DNA of 64,000 nt from an uncultured delta proteobacterium. Its GTDB lineage: Bacteria > Desulfobacterota > Desulfomonilia > Desulfomonilales > Desulfomonilaceae. The stretch is from assembly GCA_963789265.1 (NCBI GenBank), contig CAWBKB010000004.1, forward strand, positions 192,001 through 256,000, given 5' to 3'. A program made the translations under genes and the position numbers. Position 1 is the first letter of the stretch, and each line of letters starts with the position of its first letter. Under the pieces are notes generated by a model that had not been told where the DNA came from, did no database searches, and saw only the letters and a list, made by a program, of their open reading frames with translations. Shown here piece after piece: positions 10,382-19,932 of the stretch.

Positions 10382-11872
10382 TTGCAAACCCGGGTCTTCG
10401 GCACAGAGTGCGAGTATGCCCTGTTTTGCAGCCCCAGGGATGGGGAATCAAGAATCTATCTGGATGGCGAGCCGCTGCTGGAACATTTGAAAGGACTCAC
10501 ACCTTACCTAGTCGCTTCCTTGAAGGCCACAGGACGACCGTATGCCGGTGAGTTTCTGGGAAATGGAGGCCGGTTTTACATCGATCGCGGGGCGCATCCC
10601 GAGGACGCGACACCGGAATGTGCCAGGGTGAGGGATGTTGTCGCTCATGAAAAAGCGGGTGATCGAATCGTCCAGGAACTGGTCGAATTTGCCGGCTCAC
10701 ACATGGCCGAGGTCGGTAAGCGCGAAAAGATACGAATCTTCAAAAATAATGTGGATTCGTTCGGGAACACTTACGGCACTCACGAGAATTATCTCGTCAC
10801 GCCTCAAGCTATGGAAAACATCAGATTTATGGTTCCATTCCTGGTCAGTCGCCAGATATTTTCGGGTGCGGGCAAAGTGGCAACCGGGGGCACGCAGGGT
10901 CAAAGTTGGTATCAGTTGACTCAAAGGGCAGACTTTATCGACCGGATCTTCAGTGACAGAACGTCGCAGGTCCGCGGCATCATAAATCTTCGCAAACGGG
11001 AGATACCCAAACACGGACAAAACCTGCGGCTTCACCTCCTGGTTGGAGACTCCAACATGTCCGAGGACTCGCTCGGGCTAAGGGTTGGGACGACCGCCCT
11101 TGTACCAAGGCTGCTCGAAGAAGATTCTTTCGAGAATTTCCCGGCACTGGCATCCCCGGTAAAAGCCATGCGGGACATTTCCCAATCTTTTGGTAGCACT
11201 GTGGAACTCGAAAATCGCCGCCACCGATACCATGCTCTGGATATACAAGAAATCTATCTCAACAGAGTCCATAATTTCTTCGAAGATCACGAATCCAATA
11301 ATTGGGAAAAAGAAATCCTCGACCTTTGGAGACGTACGCTGGCAGGTCTGCGAGAAGTAAAAATATCGCACGAGAACTGGAACCTTGAGGATGACCCACA
11401 GGACTTGCACCGCAGAATCGACTGGCTCATCAAACTCTGGCTCATCAACAGGGTGCAGCACCAGAGCGGGCTCGATTGGCAAGATCCTCGACTGAGGCTG
11501 TTGGACGTGACATATCACGACCTCGATCCCCGAGAAGGCCTTTTCCAGAGGTGCCAGGATCTGGACCTGATTGACCGTATGGTAGACGAGCAGGAAATCC
11601 GCAAGGCCCAGACCAAACCACCGCAAGACACCCGGGCTTGGACCAGGGGCACCATTATCCAGCATGCCTGGGGGAGAAACGTCGAGACAATCGTCAAGAA
11701 CTGGGAAGCCGTTCAGATTATCGCAAAACCGCAGGGATGTGAGTCTTCTCACCCTTTCGGCAGACATCGGCGCATGGTCAATCGACTGGAAATAAAACTG
11801 GAAGATCCACTCAGGGCGGAGGACACAGCCGCTCTGGAAAAAGTGATGAAATTCGCTGAAGCTTGGAACTGA
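10382..11872 (+). CDS. pafA: Pup-protein ligase PafA
   Basis: MQTRVFGTECEY, FLGNGGRFYIDRGAHPE, KNNVDSFGNTYGTHENYL, RLHLLVGDSNMSE and PPQDTRA. TTG start 3 nt after the pup stop. Confidence 0.9.
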   Translation: MQTRVFGTECEYALFCSPRDGESRIYLDGEPLLEHLKGLTPYLVASLKATGRPYAGEFLGNGGRFYIDRGAHPEDATPECARVRDVVAHEKAGDRIVQELVEFAGSHMAEVGKREKIRIFKNNVDSFGNTYGTHENYLVTPQAMENIRFMVPFLVSRQIFSGAGKVATGGTQGQSWYQLTQRADFIDRIFSDRTSQVRGIINLRKREIPKHGQNLRLHLLVGDSNMSEDSLGLRVGTTALVPRLLEEDSFENFPALASPVKAMRDISQSFGSTVELENRRHRYHALDIQEIYLNRVHNFFEDHESNNWEKEILDLWRRTLAGLREVKISHENWNLEDDPQDLHRRIDWLIKLWLINRVQHQSGLDWQDPRLRLLDVTYHDLDPREGLFQRCQDLDLIDRMVDEQEIRKAQTKPPQDTRAWTRGTIIQHAWGRNVETIVKNWEAVQIIAKPQGCESSHPFGRHRRMVNRLEIKLEDPLRAEDTAALEKVMKFAEAWN

Positions 11873-12147
11873 TGCGCAGTCAAATGAGCGACAATCCTGG
11901 ATAAGATACGGTGGGGCAATCCTGCCCACGCGGGACTGCCTGTCCCGCGTTCCGCGGGATCACTCCGGACTTCGATTCGGGGGTAGCGCCGGCGTCCCTG
12001 CCGGCGATTCGCCAACAACCCCGCGTCCCGCGGGGAGGCCGGTCCTACTGGATGCCCGCGTATGCGGGCATGATGAAATGTAGGGGCGGGTTTCAAACCC
12101 GCCCCTACCAGAAACACGGTGTCACTTACTTGAAAGCCAGTCGGTAT
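11866..12147. repeat. Composite MITE-like repeat containing REP-type palindromes
   Basis: Shares ends and internal segments with 50378-50627. Its right part recurs inverted at about 18463-18530. Contains GTAGGGGCGGGTTTCAAACCCGCCCCTAC. Confidence 0.7.
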
Positions 12148-12175
12148 GAGACCCGGAAAGGTGCTTAGAAACGAT

Positions 12176-12876
12176 ATGGACCGGGAGATGGAACAAATTC
12201 CAGAGAATGCGACCGGTCGCGATGGAATCCGTCACGTTCTCTTAGTGCAATACGCACTTCACGAGGCAAACCATCATTCAGAGTCTGCCGGCAGTGCGGC
12301 GGATAGTTTCCCCACGGTCCCTAAGGCCCACACTCTTGCCGATATATACAAGTGCTTGCACCAGGGACAATTCGGGGTTGGGCACAGCATCGACGATCCG
12401 GTCAGGTTTGCCGGCAGGCTTGAACTTGAACTCGTCAAAGCCGACCCCGACTCTGCCGACCCGATTCTGGAAACGGTTTCCTCCGTGGCTCAGTTTTTCG
12501 TGTCAACCTGCGGCCGTTTCGACGGGCATTTGCGGGTCGCGACGAATTAGCGTCGCGTCTCTTGGTAGGGCTTTGCCTTAATTCCGCTACAAGGCAGAGG
12601 GGAACGATGAACGATTTCATCGAATCTCTGGAATGGTTTAGGGATTTGAACAACAGCGGAGAGTTGGCGGTTCAAGGCAGATCGTACATGTTCCCGAATG
12701 AGCAGGCAAACCGATTCGTAACCGAAGTGGCGTATTGCATTCATACGTTCGGAAATATACCGGTCTTGAGCCATTCATCGGTCTATAAGAAGCACAATTC
12801 CCCGTCCTACAGGGTGGTGGACCGAGAAGCCTTGGAACATTCGCCTTTGGCTTATCTTCTTAAAAAAATACAATGA
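12176..12876 (+). CDS. Conserved hypothetical protein; apparent frameshift near 12487
   Basis: The N-terminal part (DIYKCLHQGQFGVGH) joins the shifted-frame part (RVNLRPF...SHSSVYKKHNSPSYRVV). The stop overlaps the next ATG. Confidence 0.6.
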
Positions 12877-15056
12877 GTTGTATACACAAAGACAATACCT
12901 ATTGCTGTGCGGTGCTGCTTCAGCCGCCCCCAGGTGATCTAACCGGCCCGTATCCAGCTTTAGCATATCTGAAATCCTACGCTGCGCTGCATGGGCACAC
13001 AGTGCGGGTTCGGGACCTGGGGATCGAGGCTCTCCACTTTCTTACCCAAAAAGACAAGATTGCCGGCTACCTGGAGCGGGCAGCGTCCATGAGACGGGAA
13101 CTCGAATCCAAGGCCTCTCTGGATTCTGACGAGCTACGCCATTACAGACTGCTGGTTGTGGCTGCATGGATCGCGACCAAGCCGGACATGATCCCCACAG
13201 CTTTGAGATCTTTCAGTGACAGTAGCCAGTTTTACAACTATCGTCATTACAGTAGATCCTGCCACGTTCTCAACGCGTTCTACGGGTTGCTGTCCGCTGT
13301 TCATCATCCCACTGCGGTAACCCCGTCCGAATATCCCACGGCCCAGGCTCTCAATTCCATGAAAAACGTGCTTGCACACCGGCGCACGGATCTTAATCCG
13401 TACATGGAATACTACGAGGAGATTCTGTTTCCTGCACTTGCCGGACAGGCTCCCACAGCGATCGGTCTATCAATGGAATTCGCGGGGCAGTCGGTTCAAG
13501 CGCTGGTTCTTGGTCATCTGCTCAAGGAGCTGTTCCCTGAGATTCATATAACAATGGGAGGGGCTTATTTATCTCAATGGGTGATGTTGATGGGAGAAAG
13601 ACAGCTATCAGAGCTGTTTTCCTGTACCGACTCAGTAATCTGCGGGGAAGGCGAATCTGCCTTTGTGCAACTCTTGGACGGAATTGAAGCAGGCCTTTCG
13701 CCGTCGAGCGTTCCTAACCTGATTTATCGAGACTTACGTACCGGTGAGTTTCATCATCCTGCATCATTGGAATACCCCGATATTAATAGCCTTCCACCTC
13801 CCGACTTCTCAGACCTCGATCTGAAGTCATACCTCATTCCTAAAACGGTGATTCCCTATGCCATCAGTCGGGGATGTTACTGGGGCAAGTGCGTCTTTTG
13901 TCAGAACAGATACGGCGAGAACCGAATGCGCAAATACCAGACGGTGCCCGTGGAGAAGTCCATAGCCGAGATGTCTTACCTCGCCGAGAAATACGGCACC
14001 AACCACTTTAACTTCAGTAATGACGTTTTGGACCCTTCCTATTTGCAACGGCTGAGCGAAGCACTCATTGCGTCGAAGAAAAAGTTCTTGTGGAACACTG
14101 ACTTGCGTGCGGAAAAGGCGTTTTCCAGAGATCTCTGCGGCCGCATGGCCCGTGCAGGTCTGAACAGTGTCGCCATTGGACTCGAAAGCGGGTGCCAAAG
14201 AACCCTGGATGCAATGAACAAAGGCAAAGACGTTCAGACTGTGCGGCAGGTCATGAAAGACCTTTACGACGCTGGAATTGCAACTCAAGCCATGGGATTC
14301 TTTGGCTTTCCAGAGGAGACCGAAGAAGAGGCTGAAAGAACTGTGGCGTTCTTGGAGGACAACGTGGCCGCAATATCCTATTACGTCATCGGCCTGCTCA
14401 TGGTAGTTCCAGGTTCCAGAATGCATGAGGAGCCGCAGAAATACCGTGTATCATCAATTAGTTATGAGGGCAATGAACTGATGGCTCCGCCGCCTGTTTG
14501 GAGGGCGGAAGGAAGGATTCCGGCCGCGGCGGTGAATCGACTTTATCACCGGTTGAGTCATCTCGAAGAGACCTTCGCCATAAATGAATATCCGTACGTG
14601 GGGGCGCTTTCCACGAATCATTCGTTTCTGTACTTCGAGACGGGACCGGATGTGCTCAAAAGGCTAAAGAGGGAAGAAAGCGATCGGCATCTCAAGCTGC
14701 TTCGGATCATGGCAACCAAGGACAAGAGTGAAAGAGGAAAGAAGCTCAAGTCCCTACTGCCGCGATTCGCGCTTCCGTGTCTGATTTATCACACGCACTT
14801 TCTCATAGATCAGATTGAGAACGGCGATAAGACCACCCGCAGTCGTCCGCGCCCCTTCTCTCCCAACGGCTGGGATTATCTTGTGGGTCCGTCGGATATG
14901 GTAATTCCTATTCGAGAGGTTGAGAGGGGGTTTCTGGAGGCTATAGACGGCAAGAAGAATCTGAAATCAGTTTTGGCCAAGTATGAGGATGCTGACGTTG
15001 AGAGGCTTGTTTCGATCTTGTTGGGCCTCGTTTCCCGGGGCCTGATTGTCATTTAG
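12873..15056 (+). CDS. B12-binding-domain radical SAM protein
   Basis: PYPALAYLKS, SRGCYWGKCVFC (CxxxCxxC), IGLESG and FFGFPEET. Possible winged-helix/PqqD-like C-terminal domain. Confidence 0.88.
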   Translation: MSCIHKDNTYCCAVLLQPPPGDLTGPYPALAYLKSYAALHGHTVRVRDLGIEALHFLTQKDKIAGYLERAASMRRELESKASLDSDELRHYRLLVVAAWIATKPDMIPTALRSFSDSSQFYNYRHYSRSCHVLNAFYGLLSAVHHPTAVTPSEYPTAQALNSMKNVLAHRRTDLNPYMEYYEEILFPALAGQAPTAIGLSMEFAGQSVQALVLGHLLKELFPEIHITMGGAYLSQWVMLMGERQLSELFSCTDSVICGEGESAFVQLLDGIEAGLSPSSVPNLIYRDLRTGEFHHPASLEYPDINSLPPPDFSDLDLKSYLIPKTVIPYAISRGCYWGKCVFCQNRYGENRMRKYQTVPVEKSIAEMSYLAEKYGTNHFNFSNDVLDPSYLQRLSEALIASKKKFLWNTDLRAEKAFSRDLCGRMARAGLNSVAIGLESGCQRTLDAMNKGKDVQTVRQVMKDLYDAGIATQAMGFFGFPEETEEEAERTVAFLEDNVAAISYYVIGLLMVVPGSRMHEEPQKYRVSSISYEGNELMAPPPVWRAEGRIPAAAVNRLYHRLSHLEETFAINEYPYVGALSTNHSFLYFETGPDVLKRLKREESDRHLKLLRIMATKDKSERGKKLKSLLPRFALPCLIYHTHFLIDQIENGDKTTRSRPRPFSPNGWDYLVGPSDMVIPIREVERGFLEAIDGKKNLKSVLAKYEDADVERLVSILLGLVSRGLIVI

Positions 15057-15140
15057 CTGGATGCTGAAAATTCGGAAATTGGGCCAAGGCTTTCGCCTGA
15101 CTGGGGAGGCTGAGATAGCGCGGCCGCGAAGGAGTCAAAA

Positions 15141-15823
15141 ATGTTGGTAAAAAGATGGATGAGCAAGGACGTGATCTCAATAGATCCCGACGATTCTATG
15201 CAACTGGCAGTTAATCTCATGAAAGAGCACGATATCCGGCTACTTCCTATCATGAAAGACAATAAGCTGGTGGGGGTTCTTAGTGATGGCGACCTGAAAA
15301 AGGCTTCAGTGACAAACGCCGTGGATTTTGACGTGAAGGATCTTTTGTACAGATCTGTACAAAACCAAAATAAGAGATATCATGACGCGGGATCCTTTTA
15401 CCATTCCCATGGACGAGACAGTTGACGAGGCCGCCGCGGTACTCTTGAAGAACAAGATTTCTGGAGCACCGGTGGTCGACCGTAAAGGCACAGTGGTGGG
15501 CGTGATAACTCAGTCTGATATCTTCAGGGTTTTGATTTCCTTGACCGCGATGGGAACCCGCGGGATTCAATTCGCATTCCATGTGAAAGACACACCTGGT
15601 GCGGTCACGAAACTCATTGATATATTCCGCAATTATGGAGGTCGCACCGCAAGCGTTCTCAGCTCGTATGAAAATGCACCTCCGGGTCACCGGAATGTAT
15701 ATATAAGAACTTTCAATTTGGATCGCGGCAAGCTTGCACAAGTGATGCAAGAAACTAAAAGAAAAGGCGACCATGCTCTACATGGTCGATCACCGTGAAA
15801 AAAGGCGGGAAATCTTCGAATAA
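15141..15823 (+). CDS. CBS-pair plus ACT domain protein (AcuB-like); two apparent +1 frameshifts (about 15351 and 15753)
   Basis: MLVKRWMSKDVISI, MTRDPFTI...VVGVITQSDIF and ACT DTPGAV. The corrected frame ends ...REIFE at TAA 15821-15823. Confidence 0.8.
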
Positions 15824-15863
15824 ACGGAAGTGGGCAGTGTAACTGCTCAGCAGGCAGTACAGA

Positions 15864-16065
15864 TTAACCGCAGAGCGCGCCGAGAACGCGGAGAATTCTG
15901 TTTTCGCGGCACGTTTATCCGATGGAGCACGGTAAATTCTGGTCTGTGATTATACGGCAGTAAGGGCGACCGGCCGTCGCCCTGGGCGAATACCATTCGC
16001 CCCTACCGGCCCTGGATTGGCGTCCAGGGCCAGAGGGTTGAATTCTCCGCGGTCTCTGCGGTGAA
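15864..16065. repeat. REP-like palindromic intergenic repeat cluster
   Basis: Outer inverted repeats ACCGCAGAG...CGCGGAGAATTC and GAATTCTCCGCGGTCTCTGCGGT enclose GGGCGAATACCATTCGCCCCTAC, which also occurs at about 34856. Confidence 0.65.
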
Positions 16066-16093
16066 CTATTGCAGGTTTCTCCGAAGCTTGCCC

Positions 16094-16348
16094 CTATGCT
16101 TTCCTGACTTCAATCTCCAAGATTTTGTCCGCGGGGATTATGATGCCTCTTTCTTCAACTACGTCGATGTATGCTCCATCCTGAAGAACCTTTTTCCAGA
16201 TCTGCTCGCCGACCTTTTCAGCAGAGGTTGCGTATTCCTCGGGATGTCCCGCCTTATATAGCCTTACCAATCTCTTATCGTCGTCGGCAATGTTAAAGAT
16301 TTTGGGTGGGTCTTCTCCTAAAACTCTGATCCTTAGCGTCCAGGCCAT
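16094..16348 (-). CDS. Hypothetical protein (84 aa)
   Basis: Clean ORF with AGAGAGG RBS and protein-like composition. Confidence 0.65.
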   Translation of the reverse strand: MAWTLRIRVLGEDPPKIFNIADDDKRLVRLYKAGHPEEYATSAEKVGEQIWKKVLQDGAYIDVVEERGIIIPADKILEIEVRKA

Positions 16349-16606
16349 GAACTGAACCTCTCTTTCTTGTACCTATTTTATGCCGGAAGCAACAAAAGGA
16401 TATGACATCGAGTTGTCATACGCCAGACAAGAACTTTAAAAATTTTCTTAAGAAGCTTCTTTTTTACGCGGACCGCGTCACGGCATGGCTCCGCAGAATT
16501 ACTAAACTGTTCACGGCCGGTTCGCTGGCGGTGTTGCCTATTTTTTAATTGGGCTCCCATCCATGAGCTGGAAATGATATGGTAGCGTCCCGGGAGAATT
16601 GTTTCG

Positions 16607-18055
16607 ATGAATAGAGTCTTACTCTTTTTTTCCGCGCTCGCCGGGTTCCTCATACTTTGCCAGTGGTTCGTTTTTGTTTCGGTGAGGAAGCATCTCTTTC
16701 AGCGACACAATGTTATCAGCAGAAAAGTGGCCTATTCAGTTCTTGGATTGTTGGGCCTGACAAACCTTCTCGCCGTGAGATTGGGTTTTGGTGCGCTGTC
16801 TCCGGACACTCCGGCAAGTCTGATAACTGCGATTTCATATTTTAGCTACCTGGGATGGGTCTTGATCCTCTGCTTTTTTTTCCTCGGCTTGGAAGGGGTC
16901 TTTCAGGCGTTGCACTTGAAGGATATCGCTCTTTCGGCCATTAAATCGCGCATGGGCCGCGCAGAAAATCTTAGCGACTGTCAACAAGGCTGTGACGGCC
17001 CCGAGGGCTGCGAGGCGAGTCCGCCCGAGGCTCTATGCGTACAGAAGATGCTTCCAGGATGCAAAGCCGAGCAAGTTTTCTGCAAATCCGCCGGACAATC
17101 TAGGATGGAGGATCAATCACGGTTAGCCCCCTCTTCTTATGGCCTCTCACCCACTCGCCGCGAATTCCTCAGACGGTCCGCTGCGGTAGGGCTGGTCGCG
17201 GCCGGCGGCTATGCAGGTTACGGAATAGCGGGGGCCTACCGGCGGCCGGTAGTTGACGAATTCGATCTGTATTGCCACAAACTTGATGGACTGGCCCGAC
17301 CTCTCACATTCATTCAGGTAACCGATTTTCACTTTGGGATGTTTTTTGATAGTCCCGAACTCGAGCAAGTGGTTAAACTGGTCAATGCCCTGGAGGGAGA
17401 CGCGGTCTTCATAACAGGGGACATATTTCACTCACCGCTGACGCCTGTGGAGCACGCGATACCGATTCTCAAACAATTCAAGGCACGGCGCCTCGGCAAT
17501 TTTGTGGTACTGGGCAACCACGACTTTTACGCCGGGGAGTGGAGATCCGCAAAAAGTATTAGACAAAGCGGTCTTAGCCTGCTTCGAAATGAATGGATCA
17601 CGTTTAAGGAAAGCGGCGCGGAGATCCACCTGGGGGGTATCGACGATCCCAGGGTTAATTGGGTTTGGGGTTCAAGTTTTCCGAATTTCCCGGCCTTCAT
17701 AGCCAAAGCTCCCCGGTCGAAGGGAATGCGCATCGTGCTGTCACACCGGCCCAGCATTCTGCCTTTCGCGGCCGGGGCAGGAATCGATTTTGTGTTGTCC
17801 GGCCACATTCATGGCGGGCAGATGATTTTTCCTTATCCCGGTATCGATCGCGGGGTGAGCATTGCCCGCTTGGCATCCCCCTTCACTCACGGATGGTATC
17901 ATATAGGCGAAAGTAGGATGTATCTGAACCGCGGCATAGGACTCACGTTCGTCCCCTGGAGAATCAATTGTCCGCCGCAAATCGCCGTATTCCATCTTCA
18001 TCCTGACGGCAGTGAGAAGATCGGAGTGCGAAAAAGAGCTTCCAATCATGCTTGA
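16607..18055 (+). CDS. YkuE-like membrane metallophosphoesterase
   Basis: Three N-terminal TM segments, internal RREFL twin-Arg motif, TDFH, TGD, GNHD, SHRP and SGHIHGGQ. Confidence 0.9.
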   Translation: MNRVLLFFSALAGFLILCQWFVFVSVRKHLFQRHNVISRKVAYSVLGLLGLTNLLAVRLGFGALSPDTPASLITAISYFSYLGWVLILCFFFLGLEGVFQALHLKDIALSAIKSRMGRAENLSDCQQGCDGPEGCEASPPEALCVQKMLPGCKAEQVFCKSAGQSRMEDQSRLAPSSYGLSPTRREFLRRSAAVGLVAAGGYAGYGIAGAYRRPVVDEFDLYCHKLDGLARPLTFIQVTDFHFGMFFDSPELEQVVKLVNALEGDAVFITGDIFHSPLTPVEHAIPILKQFKARRLGNFVVLGNHDFYAGEWRSAKSIRQSGLSLLRNEWITFKESGAEIHLGGIDDPRVNWVWGSSFPNFPAFIAKAPRSKGMRIVLSHRPSILPFAAGAGIDFVLSGHIHGGQMIFPYPGIDRGVSIARLASPFTHGWYHIGESRMYLNRGIGLTFVPWRINCPPQIAVFHLHPDGSEKIGVRKRASNHA

Positions 18056-18345
18056 AGAGTTGGATTGTCATCATGAATAACGAAGAAGCGCTCGATCACC
18101 ACAAGAAGCTGGTCGATGCCGGATGGGTCAGGAGATTCACAGCCGAGGAGCCACGTCTTTCCGAGATGGCCGAATTCTACCGGTCCATCGGCTTGGATGT
18201 GCGCGTCGAATCGGGAAGTCCCGATGAAAGCGAGGAATGTCGAAGCTGCTTCGACGTGGAGGGATTCGAGACCCGATACAAGACTATTTATACTAAAGGC
18301 GAGCCCACGTGTGAGCAGGGCGAATCGGAAGATCTTTTCGACTAA
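18052..18345 (+). CDS. Small hypothetical protein with CxxC
   Basis: GWVRRFTAEEPRLSEMAEFYRSIG...CRSC. Adjacent to or overlapping the upstream stop. Confidence 0.65.
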   Translation: MKSWIVIMNNEEALDHHKKLVDAGWVRRFTAEEPRLSEMAEFYRSIGLDVRVESGSPDESEECRSCFDVEGFETRYKTIYTKGEPTCEQGESEDLFD

Positions 18346-18430
18346 AGCGATTCTCAAATGTGACAGCCGATATGGCGAATAACCTGGTAGCGACGGCCGG
18401 CGCGCGGAACGCTGATCTGCCGGGATCAAA

Positions 18431-18775
18431 GTAGGGTGGGCATCCTGCCCGCCGACTGATTAATACCGATTCGTTTTCAAGCAAGTGAGACCGTGTGTCT
18501 GGTAGGGGCTGGTTTCAAACCCGCCCCTCCGCGTAATCATGCCCCTCGCGCTGCAACCAATGGCACCGGCCTCTGTGCCCGCAGTTCACGAGTCACCGGC
18601 GGGACGCCGGCGCTACTGCCGGATCGGAAATTCCATAGGCTCTAACTCAACGATTTGCCTCCCTTTATTAAAGAGGGGCACGAGGGATTTTGAGATAACT
18701 AATTGAAAATCCCCCTAAATCCCCCTTTACAAAAGGGGGACGTCGAAGGCCGTAAGTTGTCTTAAGTGCTCAAGA
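18431..18775. repeat. Cluster of REP/MITE-like repeats
   Basis: Contains a GTAG palindrome, an inverted copy of the 12080-12147 segment, and a degenerate copy (from about 18634) of the 34654-34834 element. Confidence 0.65.
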
Positions 18776-18936
18776 CCAAGCAGCCAACTCTATTTTGACG
18801 CTTGGGTGCCACTGATCTGGGCTTTGTCAGATCCGTGCCGGCTTCGGCGAATGTTCCATTGTTTCACCGTGAACCGATATGGACCGACTCCAGGGAGTCG
18901 GCGTGTCGAAATACGTTGAGCAGTTCCGAGCACTAC

Positions 18937-19932
18937 TCACTTGGCCGTGGAAACAAGCTGATTCATGTGATCCCCGTCCCGAATCATCCGGACCTCCTTG
19001 AACCCCGCGTGCTCCAAATCGTCCCTGACCTCTGCGAATGTGTATGCAGTGCCTGCCGTAGTTGCTGCCAACATATTTACCGCGAACATAGCGCCGTCCG
19101 GGGGAGAAATGCGGGTGGAGTTCAGAAAGTAGTCCCTGATGAGTATAGAGCCGCCCGGTGCCAAGGCTTCATGAATTTTAGCGAAAAGCTCCCGATTAAC
19201 ATCTCGGCCGTTGCTGTGAATGATTGCGGACAACAATACGAGGTCATGGCCTTTCGGCAATTCATCGACGGTGTAGTCTCCCGCCACTACCTGAACCCGG
19301 TCAGTGAGACCGTTTTCAGCGATGCGCTTCCGTGCCATCTCCACGACGCCGGGAAGATCGAACACGGTGGCGGTCATGTGCGGAGCTCTCTCCAGAAACG
19401 CCATTGTGTAGGTCCCGGACGCTCCGCCGACGTCCAGCATTCGCGTGAAAGGTTTCAGATCGACTGACGCGGCAATTTCTTTAGCCATCTTTAGACCGAT
19501 GAAGTGCATCGCGCCGATAAAGGCTTTCATGTCTTCGCCGGGTTGAGACAAGATGTCTTTGCGATTCGGATTACTGCCCGTCTTAACGATCTCGGTGAGA
19601 TGTGACCATGTCTCCCACATGGTTCCTCTATGCAGGACCATAGGGAGTATGGAATCCTTCCCACCTTTGACCAATAAGCCCTGAATGGACGGATTCACGC
19701 TGTAGTGACCGTCGGGTGAACGGTTCAAGATTCCCTGGGCTGCCAGGGCATCCATTAATATCGTCAGTCCGCGAAGGCTCCAGCCCTGCTCCCTGCACAG
19801 CTCGCCCGCGGTCCGAGGCCGTTCTTCCAGCTTAGTAAAGAGGTCGAGCTGGGCCGCGGTCAAAAGTATTCTACATTCTTGAAATGAGCTGGTGACTTCG
19901 TGAAGTCTTCGCTCGTTCCACTGATCGGACAT
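18937..19932 (-). CDS. O-methyltransferase (dimerisation plus Methyltransf_2 domains)
   Basis: AAQLDLF, MLDVGGASG, VFDLP and VAGDY motifs. Confidence 0.88.
   Translation of the reverse strand: MSDQWNERRLHEVTSSFQECRILLTAAQLDLFTKLEERPRTAGELCREQGWSLRGLTILMDALAAQGILNRSPDGHYSVNPSIQGLLVKGGKDSILPMVLHRGTMWETWSHLTEIVKTGSNPNRKDILSQPGEDMKAFIGAMHFIGLKMAKEIAASVDLKPFTRMLDVGGASGTYTMAFLERAPHMTATVFDLPGVVEMARKRIAENGLTDRVQVVAGDYTVDELPKGHDLVLLSAIIHSNGRDVNRELFAKIHEALAPGGSILIRDYFLNSTRISPPDGAMFAVNMLAATTAGTAYTFAEVRDDLEHAGFKEVRMIRDGDHMNQLVSTAK

Noticed and set aside
11749..12168. ORFs 11749-12117(-) and 11911-12168(+)
   Set aside because: They are translations of palindromic repeat DNA (e.g. VGAGLKPAPT).
18431..18775. 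Possible CRISPR array
   Set aside because: The repeats are heterogeneous palindromes without regular repeat-spacer periodicity, and no cas genes are present.
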